From assembly GCF_009914755.1 (NCBI RefSeq), contig NC_060934.1: DNA of 64,000 nucleotides. The stretch is one strand, 5' to 3'. This DNA is from the human T2T-CHM13v2.0 reference genome, Homo sapiens. The notes below the pieces were generated by a model. The model did no database searches, was not told the DNA's origin, and saw only the letters and a list, made by a program, of their open reading frames with translations. The position numbers and the translations under genes were made by a program. Positions 1-13,607 of the stretch are shown here, piece after piece (within the stretch, counting starts at the first letter, position 1; the number at the start of each line of letters is the position of its first letter).

Positions 1-429
1 TAAATTTACTTATATTAAATAACTTTGATAACAAGTATAAGAGTTATAAATAGATATGAGGAAAATGAAGACAGACCCCTGACAAGCATCCAGCTCACAT
101 TAGGTGGGGAGGTACAGCCAGAGTGGCCCAGGAAGCAGGAGCTTTGCCTGCCTTCTGCATGTGCACAGCAGAGTGGACTATGTCCAGGAGTCCAGAGAAT
201 CAGCTGAGGGGCTGCTTGAGAAAGCCTCAGAGTACATGGTGACCATTTTCTTAGAATGCACTCCCCAGTTCACCTGACCATCTTCTTCTAATTATTTATT
301 TGTGCTTTAGCTGTCTCCTCTGCTAAACCTTTCCTGTCTTTATTCCAAGACTACCTTTCCTAGATACTTCAATTGCACCTAGAACTTTCCATTAATACCA
401 AACTTAAAACATCACATTGCAATTGTGTT

Positions 430-560
430 TCCATTTTTAATCTTTGCTACTAAATTATAATTTCCTTCAATCAGGTCCTATACCTTATTTACCATTATTT
501 TCCCAGAGCCCAGCATAATGTCTCTCTCATTGCAAATATAAGTGTTTATGAAAGAACAGA
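430..560 (+). mobile_element. L2 (LINE-2) 3' end fragment
   Basis: Degenerate 'ttcccagagcccagcataatgtctc...aaatataagtgtttatgaaagaa' resembles the L2 3' terminus. Confidence 0.45.
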
Positions 561-721
561 CAAATCTAAAATGGCCCAGTCCTACTGGACCAACAAACAA
601 ACAAACCCACAAAACCTAGACTAAGCTTTCAAAGCTTGTTCTTCTTAACTGATACCTTTCAGTCAACCTTACCTGCCCAAATACTGTATATTCTACGATC
701 AACACGTGCAATGCTGCTTTA

Positions 722-1174
<453 letters not shown>

Positions 1175-3289
1175 TTAGAGAGAATATGCTGTCTGGTGCT
1201 GATCCTGGTGATTCAACCCTCCCTGTCTGTGCCTGCTCTTACCAGTGTTGGCCTTGAGGGAGAACGGTTGTAGGTGGGCTGGAGAGTTCTTTGGTGATGC
1301 CATACCTGATGATCTCATACAAGTGTCCCCAAAGTAAGTGCATCCCTTATGACAACTTCCTAGCTGGGGTTCTTTAATTTTCCAGGGTAGCCCCTATTAA
1401 GTCTTAAATTCAAAGCCAAAGTCTGGACCAAAGTCTTAGAGGACCAAACAGAAGTTTTAAAATTCCCTGTACTATGTTTACCAGAAGGTTGAGAAACTTC
1501 TTTGCTGGAAAGATTACTTGTCTCCTGACCTGTGATTCTAGAGTCCTCACAGTGGAATTTCAGGTCTTCTCCATGATAGGTGGACACAGTAGGCAATGTT
1601 CACAGTGAACAGACTGGTCAGGTAACCATGAGGAAAAAGTGACCCAAGTTATGCAGAAATACTCACTTGTAGCAAATATCAAGGCCTAGAAAATCAGAAT
1701 TCTGTATCAACCCAGGTGTTTAAATTGGATCAACCAAGACTGCAACCTAATGCCCCTCAACAGGCCATATCCCCCCTAAGAACCCTTGGTTTGTGTATGT
1801 TACGAACTTCTCCATGTCATCACATAGCATGGGATTCCAGTATGTGTTACTTTTTGCTTCTTAGATTGGTTGCTTTTGCTTAGACTGATGGCCTTAGGGC
1901 AGTTTTAAATGGCTGTCTTGTAATATGATCAGGTAAGAATATCTGGGAAACCTTGTATGTTTTAATTGGTAATGGTTATGCCAATAATTCTTGATGAATA
2001 CACTGAAGCCAGGAGTCTCCTTTTTGCATCGTGTTTACACTTCACATCAACCAGGAACCCAATCTGAGAAGTTTTCCCTGGACCAAGGGAGAAAGAATGT
2101 AGCTCCGGGAAGGAATCAAGCCTGGCTAACTCTCAGTGAAAGGAAATGGTGTCTGATCTTGCTAATTCCTGCTTCAAGTATTAAAATCTCAAACAAAACA
2201 TAATGTATGTGTGCACACGGGTGCATACACACACACACACACACACCCCACCACTGACAACAATAACAACCTCCACAAGGGGAAGCCATGCTTCCGTAAG
2301 CACAATTGAAAGATTTCTGAACCTCAGACCAGAGAGCCACATGATTTTTCAGTCAATTATTGTCTCTCTTGCACTCCCAAGACTGAGCTGTAAGAAAAGC
2401 TAAGGCATCACATGGCATCCATGGGCCCAGCCGATTGCCACTGCAAGTCATGGCTCTGCACATGAGAGAAACTATAGGGAGAGCTGGGACCTGGGAAGGA
2501 ATGGGCAGTCTTGAGTGGCAGAGAACTTAGAGCAAGAGAGGGACTGGAGTAGAGCTGGCAGCACCATGAAGGCCTCTCCTGCAGGAGCTGCTAAGTTAGC
2601 TCTGGTCAGCACCTCCCAAACACACCTGACCCTGGGATTAAAATTATGATGTTCTGATAAAACACTAATTAAGGGTTAAGAAGATGGAGTACATACTTGC
2701 CTCAAAATAGGAAAAATCAAAATTTTAATATTTTGGAATCTGTAATAGAAAAAAACACATCAATTAAAAAACACTTTTTCACAACATACATTTTGGTTGC
2801 TTATAGTAAGTATAGCATTCCCTCATTCCCACTTTGAATCTTCCTTTCTCCACCCTGAGAGGCAGTGAATGTTGAGATCCGAGCCTCTCTTTATCAGAGG
2901 GTTTAGAGAACTGGCCACCAGCTGGACTGAAGGAGATTGTGCTGTCCACCTCTTCTGCCCCCATGGGACTGGAGCCAGGTCTCTGCCCAGCTGAGAGACA
3001 GCTCCCACATGGGTACCCCTGGGCCTCCAGAGGGCTCCTCCTGCAGACTCACTCCCAGCCCTGACTCACTCCTAGGTTCTCCTTGAAGACCAGCATTAGC
3101 AAGTCCCAGCCCAGCCCTCTCCCCGGGGCTCCCCCTGTTGAAATGCTCCTCCTGGCACTCACCTGCAGCCACAGGTGCCAGGAGGGGACAGCAGCAAAGA
3201 CGGAGGAGCCCCTCCTGGGCTTCAGCTGCCTATTTACTAAAGTAGCTTAAATTAAATGCACTTTGGAGTGTGAGAATTAATTTTTTTCA

Positions 3290-3580
3290 ATTAAAAAATA
3301 TTTTTAGAGAGTTGTAGGTTCACATGCAGTGGTAAGAAATATTACAGAGATTCTCCAGTTTCCCCTAGTGGTAACATCTTACATAAGAATAGCTGTCATA
3401 ACCAGAAATTCACATTGATCCAAGGATCGACTTTATTCAAATTTCATCAGGCTCACATGCACTCATTTGTGTGTGTGTGTTTGGTTCCATGCAATTTTAT
3501 CATGTGTCCAATCATGTGACTGCCACAGTCGAGATACAGAGCAGTTCCATCACCAGGAGGGCCCCTGGTGTTACCTTTCT
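3290..3580 (-). mobile_element. Old L1 (L1MC-like) 3'UTR fragment
   Basis: 'gttgtaggttcacatgcagtggtaagaaatattacagaga...cagtttcccctagtggtaacatc' is typical of the antisense L1MC 3' end. Confidence 0.55.
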
Positions 3581-3666
3581 AATTGTTTTCTCCTCAGCCA
3601 GGTGTATGCAGATGATACTTGGGAGGTACTGAGTGTGACTGCATCATGGCAAATGGTGTCAGCATG

Positions 3667-4032
3667 TGGTATGTACCCAATGTTTGTATCCCTCAAATTC
3701 ATATGTTAAAATCCTAATGCCCAAGGTATTAATGCCATGGTATTTGAAGGTGGGGCCATTGGGAAATGATTAGGTCGTGAGGGAAGAATCCTCATGAATG
3801 GGATTAGTGCCCTTAATAAAGGGACCCCAGGGGACTTGGTCATCTCTTCCACCATGTGGAGACACAGCCAGAAGGCGCCATCTGTGAACCAGGGAGCAGG
3901 TCTTCACCAGACACCAAACTGCTGGTGCCTTTGTCTTGTACTTTCCAACCTCCAGAACAGTGAAAAATAAATGTTTGTTGTTTAAGCCTCCCAGTCTATG
4001 ATAGTTTTGTAATAGCAGCCTGCACTGAGACA
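3667..4032 (+). mobile_element. MaLR solo LTR (MLT1A/MLT1A0-like)
   Basis: TG...CA ends, 'ctcatgaatgggattagtgccctt', aataaa, near-TSD gcatg/gcata. Confidence 0.85.
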
Positions 4033-4894
4033 GCATATGCTGTTTCCTCTCCTCTTCCTGCAGGGGATCTTTGGAATGGGGGAAGGGGACCAAAGAGTCA
4101 CCCTGCCCCTCGACATCAACCAACAAAGAGAGCACAGATGAGAGGAAAAACAGGTTTGTCAACAGATCCCCCGCTCATGGGGATGAAAAGTCACATAACT
4201 TCCCAGACTGTTTCCACACCTTTGAAATGAGTACTAGGTTGTGCCTGCCAGAGAGCACAGGGCTCCTGGGGCCCAGGGGGAGGTCCTCTCTGTAGATGGC
4301 CTTTGAACCTTGGCCCATTTCTTTCACAGGATGGCTCCGGGATTGAGGGAGCATGTGACGCCAGATTCACAGATCACCTGGTATCAGCCATGTGTAGGAG
4401 AGGACTAGTCCAGCAGCTACTCACTCCTTGGGGCAGATGGCTTCCTGGGTGTGCATTTTCATGTTGACCCACGGCTTCCTCAGCTGGCTGAGACCAGAGT
4501 ACTCACAGACCTGGGAGATTGACACATGGTGCCAGGTGGCCATGGAACCTCCTTCCTGGATTCAGGACTCCCTCAGCGTAAATCTGGGAAAGCTGTTCCT
4601 GGAGCTCCCGGCCCATGAGGGTGATGCACAGCCTTCTCCCTAAGCCTCATGGACTTGGACTTGCTGTGATTCCCACAGTGACCTCATCAGCCCCTGTCAC
4701 AGGAACAAAATATGCCAGCACCGCCCTTGACTTTATAGGTCCTGGCAAGGTGGGAGACACTTGGTTTTCACAATGTCTTGGTCTCCTTAAATTCTAGGGG
4801 AGTTGTGCCAAAAGGTGGCATCACTGTCCACAGTCCAGGACTCGGAGGAGGTTACTTCACACACTTGCCAACTCAGGTGTGTGTAGAACAATTG

Positions 4895-5045
4895 AGGTAG
4901 TGTTCTAAGCTGTTTCTGTGTATTCTCTCAATCCTCACAGCATCCCAATTAGGTAGGCGCTGTTATCTCCACATTTTGCTGATGAGGAAACTGAGGAACA
5001 GAGAGGTTGAGTAAATTATCCCAAATTACACAGCTAATTGAGAGA
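4895..5045 (-). mobile_element. MIR SINE
   Basis: Core 'gatgaggaaactgaggaacagagaggttgagtaaattatccc'. Confidence 0.8.
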
Positions 5046-7332
5046 GCTTAAGGCTGTCCCAAATGACAGTGATGGCTCCCAATTGCTTCAACTTGTTATT
5101 CAAAATTATGTCTACCATACATTTTCTCTTTCTCTCACTGACAACTTACTAGCCATCAAGTTAGAAATTTGAGAGAAAAATAAATAAGATAGAGGATTTT
5201 ATCATCCTTTCACTGCACATCCTTTTAAATCTCCAAATCAGAGTGGAGGTGTTGGGGGCAACCTCGGGTCAGGGGGAGCAGAGGTGTGACATCCGGAGGG
5301 AATTCAGGGGGAATTCCCAGCGAGCAGGCCCATTCCTCCCCAGATGTGCCTATTTGGCCCAGAAGCAGCAGAGCGTGTCCTTGTGGGAGTTTCTCACCTC
5401 CTGCTGGAAAGCCCTGGCCTATACTCTCCTGCCTGCGCCCCGCAGACCCAGCCTGAGCCCTGAGATGGGGATGGGCTGAGCTCCTCTGTAGGCAGCCGCA
5501 GCCCATTCCCATAGATACAGAGGAGACCCAGTGGGGAGGGCTCTCACCCTGCCGCCACCACCAAGCCTGTGCAGCTGGGTGCTGAGGGCAGGCCGACTCG
5601 GGAACCCACACATCCAAACAGCCCCGGGGCGCACTTGGATGGGTTCCACACCAAGAGCTGCTGAGTGCAGGGCGGACTGGATGGAGCAGAGATGCCTCAA
5701 CAGCATGGGCTAGAAGTGGGCCTGACAAGGCAGAAAGAGGCTCATGGGGTGGGATTAGGGACTCCCCAGCCAGGCCCAGGGCGTCTGTGTACAGTGAGAG
5801 GAATGGCTCCCACTGTGAGATACAGGCTGGCCTCAGAAAATCAAACGCAGATGGGAAGGAAAGTGGGGAGCAGAGGGTGGCTCAGAGCCAGGACTTGGGT
5901 CTCTCCCAGGACTTGGGTCTCTCCCAGGGCTTCTATGGGAGCCTCTCCCGGTGCGTGGGCTAAGCCCTGTTCCATAGCAGTGATGAGGGAGGGACCAACC
6001 AAGGTGTGTGTGCCTTGGGGCCCCCATCTTGGCACCAAACCTTGAGGACATGGTCTCCCCTGCATCCCTCCCACACCCACGTGTGCCCTGGGTTCAGGTG
6101 AACAATGAGTGCAGAAGCCTAGTGAGCTAGAGAACCCTGCTCTTGGAGTTGTCCCTGCAGTCCCATCAGGCGCTGCGTATCAGAGCTGCACACCTGCACC
6201 AGCAGAAGGAACAGGACCCCAGGCTGCAGTGAGCAGGCGACCTCAGCGCCCTCTTCACTGAAGCACTGGAGCCTGGGCGGGTTTCCATCAGCGGAGTCAA
6301 GTAATTGAGCTCAGATTAGATTAAACCCAGACGCATCCCGTGTTTAGTGCCAATTACTCACGGCCAGCAGAGGCGGGCAAGGGGTCTGGACTGTGTCACG
6401 TCGTGCCTTCTTGGAGGCTGACTGCTCCCTCCAGCTCAAGGTGAGTTGACCCGAAATACCAACAGTCGTGTCGCTGGCTGTGTTTCACCTCCACCTGGCA
6501 CTTTGCATGGATCTGATGCTGCTCAGGTGGGCGGCTCCTCTGCCCCCTGTTTACAATGGGGGTCAGAGCTTTGAACCCTCTGTCCTTGCCATCATTGGCT
6601 GGGCTGGCAGCAGAACAGAGGCCCACCTTGCACACCTCACTCACCCAGGCACAGGGCACAAGTGGGCATCTGGCCCCTGCATGCCCTCGGGAATCCCCAT
6701 CACTATCTGGAGATTGCCACGTGAGTGAGGCGTGGGAGGCCAGGCAGGCAGGATGTGGGGGTGCTGCGATTTGTCATCTAGTGCTGAGTTTACAGCTTGA
6801 GAAGAAAACAACCCAGATTTAAGTGCTTTACTTCCTACTGGGAAATGGCTTGACTGTAGCCATGGCCTTAAGCCCAGGGCCGAGAAGCCCCAGCTGCACC
6901 CCCTTGGAGGCTGAGAGTGGCCTTCAAGCCAGCCCCAGCTCACAGCCCAGCTTGAAGGCACAAGCAGGGACAAGGCCACTGCAAGAAAAGCAATGAGTCC
7001 AGAGAAGGGCATTCAGGCTGGAGAGCTTGGCACTTGGAGTAGAATGAGTTATGAGTCTGAACCAGGGAAAACACTGGGGAGAAACTTGGGATGAAGCAGC
7101 AGGGCACTGGGTTGAGACTGGAGGTTTGGGAGGATGGCTCAGCGCCCTTACAGAGGTGGAAGGGATCCAGTGGTGACCACAGCATAACTGGGGGTGTGAC
7201 AAGGCCCAGAGTTGAGCTCTGCCTGTGAAGATAGAGAGGGGAAGAAGGCACCTTTGCTGGGATTTCTCTTCTCATGTTTCGATGCACCTTTTTCCCATGG
7301 TTATTAATTACTCTTTTAGTGAATAAAGGCTG

Positions 7333-8404
7333 TGTATTAGTTATTTATTGTTGTGCAACCAGTTGCCTTAGAAAATAGCATCTCCAAACAGAAAAAATTG
7401 ATTATCTCACACAGGCTTTGAGGATCAGGAATCTGGGAGCAGCTCACTTGGGTGGTTGTGGCTCTGGTTTCTCAAGAGGTTGCAGTGAGGACGTCGGCTG
7501 GGGCTGGATCATCTGCAGGCTCAACTGGGGCTGGAGGACCTGCTCTCAGGATGGCTTCCCTCATGGCTGTTGGCTGGAGGCCTTGGGTTCTGGATGACTG
7601 CTAATAGGAGACCTCCTTCCATCCATGTAGACTTCTCCACAGGGCTGCTTGAGTGTCCTCACTTTATGGCAGCTGGCTTTCTCCAGAGCAGGAGATCCTG
7701 ATGACTTCTGAGATGGTTCCCTACATTCCATCCCCTGGCGTACACACCCTGTGCAATCCCCTTCCCTTGAGTGTGAGCTGGACTTACACAAATGGTGCGA
7801 TCTCACTCCCATGATTATGTTACATTATACAGCAGAAGGAATATTACAATCAAGATCCGTGATCAGTAGACATTGGGTTAATCAGAAGTATTATCCTAGG
7901 TGGGCCTGATCTAATCAGGGGATCCTTTAAAATGGATCAGAAGGATTTGAAGCCAAGGAAGTTCCTGCTGACCTTGAAGAAGCGAAGGGTCATATTATGG
8001 AGGGTTCCAGGTGCCAAGACCCCAAGAGCAGCCTCTAGGAGCTGAGAGTGTTCCTAGCCCCTGTTAAGCTTGGCAGAGGGCCCCAGACCTCAGCTGAGAT
8101 CTCAGTCCTGGCCAGCACTTTGATTTCAGCCTTGTAGGACCCTGAGCAGAAGACCACCCATACGGCACCTGTGATCTAGAGAACTGTGATATAATACATT
8201 TGCGAAGTTTAGAATAAGTTCCTGGTAATTCATCATGCAGCAACAGAAAATGAATACACTCATTCCCTGAAGTTGCACCCCATCACTTCTGCCTTTTCTC
8301 TGTTTGTCAGAAGTTAGTCACTAAGGCCACCCACATGTCAGGGAAGGGGTCTGCCTATTGAAGAGCGTGTTCAAGAACTTGTGGACTTCCTTTAAACCAA
8401 CACA
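7333..8404 (-). mobile_element. MaLR LTR (MLT1F-like), split by a nested MLT1E-like LTR
   Basis: 'tgtattagttatttattg...caggaatctgggagcagc' runs to ~7700 and resumes ~8259 with 'ccatcacttctgcc...ttaaaccaacaca'. Confidence 0.7.
7705..8258 (+). mobile_element. MaLR LTR (MLT1E-like), nested in opposite orientation
   Basis: 'aatccccttcccttgagtgtgagctggac...attatcctaggtgggcctgatctaatcagg...gcagcaacagaaaatgaataca'. Confidence 0.7.
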
Positions 8405-9559
8405 GTCTGGACAGTGCGTGTAGTGGGACCGTGTTAATACACCCAATGTGGAGATGAACAATGGCTAATCATTCTAACATCTAGAGTGAATTTGCACAGG
8501 GTGATAATGGACTTACGTAAGGCAAATGAGCATTTTATTTTAGGAAGTGACAATCCCAACTACAATGTCGTAGGTTGGTGCTTTTTTTTCCCCTTTTGAT
8601 GTCCCCTTGCAAGCAATCTACAGAGTAATTGTGTAGATACAGGAGGAAGATGGAGCATTTCTGCCTTTAATTTGAAAGTTATGATGCATTAATCAGCCCC
8701 AGTCTGAGCCTTGCAGGAGTGCTAAATTTGGGATGCATTAGTAAGCATCTTCCAGATGGGGTGGGGGAGGAGGACATGGGTGGAGTTCAGATGACAACCC
8801 ACAGGCAAATCTTTTGGGACACTTTTAACAGGAAAAGCTCACTGTCACCAAAGCTACATTCCACTTCTGAGCCATAAAACAGTTCTTGGCTCTTGGATTA
8901 ACCAGTCTTCGATATTTGCCATCATGTCAGCGTTTGAAGCAACTGGGAGTTTTCTGGCTCTGCTTGGTCCATGAGAGATCATCCGATACAAGCACAAATG
9001 CTGGCTCAGGATTTCTTTAATTCCCACAAAATTTTCTCCTACATGGCTACACAGATGAAATGAAGACACCTTTAACTCCCCCTATTCAAGCTCTGCCTTT
9101 TGTGTTCCTAAGAGCTGTGGTCTGGGTGGGTGACGGTGGCTCAGAGAGCCATCACTGTTATAAACAGAGGAGGGCCACATGCCTGTGACTTTATCTTCCC
9201 AAGAAGGAGAGAAGAAGAGAAAAAACAAACTGGATAATTTAAGAACGTGTCAGCAATTTGGCAAAAGACAGAGAAGTGAAAGAGCCATATGAGTTCATAA
9301 ATAAGTCACAGATCCCAGCTGGATTTAGTAAAAATCCCCAAAGGTTTTGTGTACTGACACCAGTCAGGTTGGTTTCATTTCATCTTAGCTTTGGCTGGAG
9401 GCCTGCGTGAAGCAGGATGGATGGGGACATGAGCAAACGCAGGTTGTGGTAGAAAGGAAGAGTCCCCTCCCAGAAGGCCTCTGAGCCAGAGGTGCGAGTC
9501 AAAAGGAGCTGGGCTACCTCTTAGGCTGCCTAGACTGCATTTCCCATGGAGTCTATTAA

Positions 9560-9947
<388 letters not shown>

Positions 9948-10399
9948 CACCCAGGATCTTGAACACCTGTGATCCCTCAATCTGAGTCCAAAGGGAGCTG
10001 CTCCTGCTCAGTGCACTGACCCTTAGATCTGGGTGCAGATGGAGAGCTGATGTCTCTGCAACACCCTGCTCTGGCCTCTTCTTCTGTAGGTCATGGTGTC
10101 TGTGTACTAGGGACACAAGAAACACAGGAAAGACATCATCTTGCATCATGGGCCATCTGTCTTCTGTTGGAGGCAAGTTTCTCACCTTCGGCACAGAGAC
10201 TCCCAATTTTTGCCACTTTCTCAGATTGGGTAGAAGAAGATAGGAGGTGCCCACTGAATCCCTGGAACTTCCTGAACTGAGCTTGGAAACTGAGTGGGAG
10301 CTGAGACTTGACCCAGACTGCTCCATGGACAGCAGGTGTCAGGAGGAGGCAACCAGTCTGCAGCCCTCCTCTCCTGGGCCATGCCATGAATCCTCACCT

Positions 10400-10600
10400 G
10401 AAGGCGTTGTGCTGAGTTAAGGTAGAATGTGCATGCATTTTATCACTTAATCCTCACAACAATCCTAAAAGGTAGTGATTATTCTTGTCTTCTTTACAGA
10501 TTAAAAAGTCAAGCAGCAAGTTGTCTTGTCCAAGGACAGAGGCCTACCTAGTAAGTGGTTGAACCAGAACTCAAGCCCAGGCCTTTCACTCTCACACTCT
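10400..10600 (-). mobile_element. MIR SINE
   Basis: 'ttaatcctcacaacaatcctaaaaggtag...ttacagatt...gaaccagaactcaagcccagg'. Confidence 0.7.
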
Positions 10601-10899
10601 GGCACCCTCATATCTACACACTCCTTGAAACAGTACTGTGGGTCTTTGGCCTGAGGAATCTCTGGGGACAAACCCAGCAAACAGATCTTGAATTGGCCCA
10701 ACAGGCACACACATGGGTCAGAGCTGCATGGAGTAATTCAGTCCAGGTGACTTAGCACCTGGCAAAGAGAAACAAAACTTACCTGGGATCTACTCACTGC
10801 TGCACTTGTGTGTTTCAAGGCAATTGTTTGTGTGGGTTGTGTTTCTGACACTCCTCTAATATCCAATATCTGACGTCTGTCCTCAGTTACATCAAGGGG

Positions 10900-11339
10900 T
10901 GTAGTGGGTTGAATAGTAACCCCCCAAAGTTATATTCTCATCTAAACCCCAAGACCTGAGAATATTACCTTATATAGCAAAAGATGTAATTAAGGACCTT
11001 GAGAGGAGGAACGTATCCTAGGTCATCCAGGGCCCTAAATGCCATGTATCCTATAAGAGGGAAGCCAAGGGAGTTTTGATCCAGACCTGCACAGGGGACA
11101 AGGCCCTGTGAAGACAGAGAAGGCCTTGGAGAGACATGGCCACAGCCCAGGAGCACCACAGAAGTTGCCAGAAGCTGGAAGAGGCCAGGAAGTCCTTTCC
11201 CTAGAGCCTCAGGCAAGAGCACAGCCAGGCCAACACCTTGACTTCAGACTTCTAAATTCCAGGCCTGTAAGATAATAAAGTCCTGATAAAGCTGCTGGGT
11301 TTGTGGCCATCTATTACAGCACCTGCAGGAACTAATACA
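10900..11339 (+). mobile_element. MaLR solo LTR (MLT1C/D-like)
   Basis: Starts tgtagtgggttgaat, ends ggaactaataca, internal 'gatgtaattaagg' and 'gccagaagctggaagaggccagg'. Confidence 0.8.
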
Positions 11340-11769
11340 GTGAGTAAAGCCCCTTCCCACCATGGCCTGTTCCACCTGCACTTAACGTGGCCTGGGAAGG
11401 GCATGGGCTGACGACTGTCTGATTGCACCTGTGTGAACCAGTAAATGAGAAAATCAAGAAGCAGTCACCCAGGCCAGCTCTGAAGACCAACCCCAGCCCA
11501 GCATCACACAAGCTGCCCAGACAACCACAGGGCCTTCCTGGAGATGCTACCCCAGGACCCAACACCCAGGGCCTAGAAACCAAGACACCAGAGTTGCACT
11601 CCCAGGAGGAGACGGAGGACATAGGATCCTTGGAAGCATACTGTTGTGCAACTCTGTTTTTAAATTAACATTCCATCTGCTACTATGGGAAAAGTATTTC
11701 ATTCCTTTTACTGGCTACATAGTATCTCATTGCAGGATGCCTTTAGAAAGAGGAAAGAGAAAGGTTGTG

Positions 11770-11975
11770 CCTGGACAACACAGTGAGACCCCATCTCTAC
11801 CAGACAAATTTAAAAATAGCTGAGTGTGGTGATGCACATCTCTGGTCCTAACTATTCGGAAGGCTGAAAAGGGAGGATTGCTTGAGCCCAGAAGGTTGAG
11901 GCTGCAGTGAGTTCTGTTCCTGCCACTGCATTCCAGCCTGGGTGACAACAGGATCCTGTCTCTAAAAAATAAATA
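11770..11975 (+). mobile_element. AluJ, 5'-truncated, with its tail interrupted by the L1 stack
   Basis: AluJ diagnostics 'ggattgcttgagcccagaaggttgaggctgcagtgag'. Probable TSD aaaggttgtg (11760-11769) / aaagtttgtg (23224-23233). Confidence 0.85.
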
Positions 11976-13424
11976 GGAAAGGGCAGCTGTGCATGCAGCT
12001 TCAGCAGACTTAAATGTTCCTGCCAGCTCTGAAGACAGCAGCAGATCTCCCAGCACAGCACTCAAACTCTGCTAAGGGACAGGCTGCCTCCTCAAGTGTG
12101 TCCCTGAACCCTGTGCCTCCTAACTGGAAGACATCTCCCAGCAGGGGTCGACAGATACCTCACACAGGAGAGCTCCAGCTGGCATCTAGCAGGTGCCCCT
12201 CTGGGACAAAGCTTCCAGAGAAAGGAACAGGCAGTAATCTTTGCCGTTCTGCAGCCTCTGCTGGTGATACCCAGGAAAACAGGGTCTGGAGGGGACCTCT
12301 GGCAAACTCCAGTAGACCTGCAGCAGAGGGACCGGACTGTGAGAAGGAAAACTGACAAACAAAAAGGAATAGCATCAACATCAACAAAAAGGACGTCCAC
12401 ACAAAAACCCCATCCGAAGGTCACCAGCATCAAAGAACAAAGGTAGATAAATCCACAAAGATGAGGAAAAACCAGCACAAAAAGGCAGAAAATTCCAAAA
12501 ATCAGAATGCCTCTTCTGCTCCAAAGGATAACAACTCACCAACAAGGGAAGAAAACTTGACAGAGAATGAGTTTGATGAATTGACAAAAGTAGGCTTCAG
12601 AAGGTGGGTAATAACAAACTCCTCCAAGCTAAAGGAGCATATTCTAACCCAAAGCAAGGAAGCTAAGAAACTTGATAAAAGGTTAGAGGAATTGCTAACT
12701 GGAATAACCAGCTTAGAGAAGAATATAAATGACTTGATGGAGCTGAAAAACACAGCACGAGAACTTTGTGAAGCACACACAAGTATCAATAGCCAAATCA
12801 ATCAACTCAAAGAAAGGATATCAGACATTGAAGATCAACTTAATGAAATAAAGCATGAAGACAAGATTAGAGAAAAAAGAATGAAAAGGAACAAACAAAG
12901 CCTCCAAGAAATATGGCACTATGTGAAAAGACCACTACGTTTGATTGGTGTACCTGAAAGTGATGGGGAGAATGGAACTAAGCTGGAGAACACTCTTCAG
13001 GATATTATCCAGGAGAACTTCCCCAACCTAGCAAGACAGGCCACCATTCAAATTCAGGAAATACAGAGAAAACCACAAAGGTACTCCTCGAGAAGAGCAA
13101 CCCCAAGACACATAATTGTCAGATTCACCAAGGTTGAAATGAAAGAAAAAATGTGAATCGGGAGCCAAAATGGCCAAATAGGAACAGCTCCGGTCTACAG
13201 CTCCCAGCATGAGCAACGCAGAAGACGGGTGATTTCTGCATTTCCATCTGAGGTTCCGGGTTCATCTCACTAGGGAGTGCCAGACAGTGGGCGCAGGACA
13301 GTGGGTGCAGTGCACCATGCGTGAGCCGAAGCAGGGCGAGGCATTGCCTCACTCGGGAAGCGCAAGGGGTCAGGGAGTTCCCTTTCCTAGTCAAAGAAAG
13401 GGGTGACAGACGGCACCTGGAAAA

Positions 13425-13607
13425 TCAGGTCACTCCCACCCTAATACTGTGCTTTTCCGGCAGGCTTAAAAAACGGTGCACCAGGAGATTATATCCCGCA
13501 CCTGACTCGGAGAGTCCTAGGCCAACAGAGTCTCTCTGATTGCTAGCACAGCAGTCTGAGATCAAACTGCAAGGCTGCAGCGACGCTGGGGGAGGGGCGC
13601 CTGCCAT
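13425..13607 (-). pseudogene. L1 ORF0 (antisense 5'UTR ORF), truncated at 60 aa
   Basis: MAGAPPPASLQPCSLISDCCASNQRDSVG...IRVGVT* matches primate L1 ORF0. A CGA>TGA change removes the C-terminus. Confidence 0.85.

Noticed and set aside
5888-5928. 18-bp direct repeat ccaggacttgggtctctc x2 as a CRISPR-like or functional array
   Set aside because: Simple tandem duplication without spacers in eukaryotic DNA
10777-10785. Perfect minus-strand donor CAG/GTAAGT (and other isolated donors near 3160, 24035, 51098)
   Set aside because: Single 9-mers are expected by chance in 64 kb, and I could not establish a partner acceptor or coding frame
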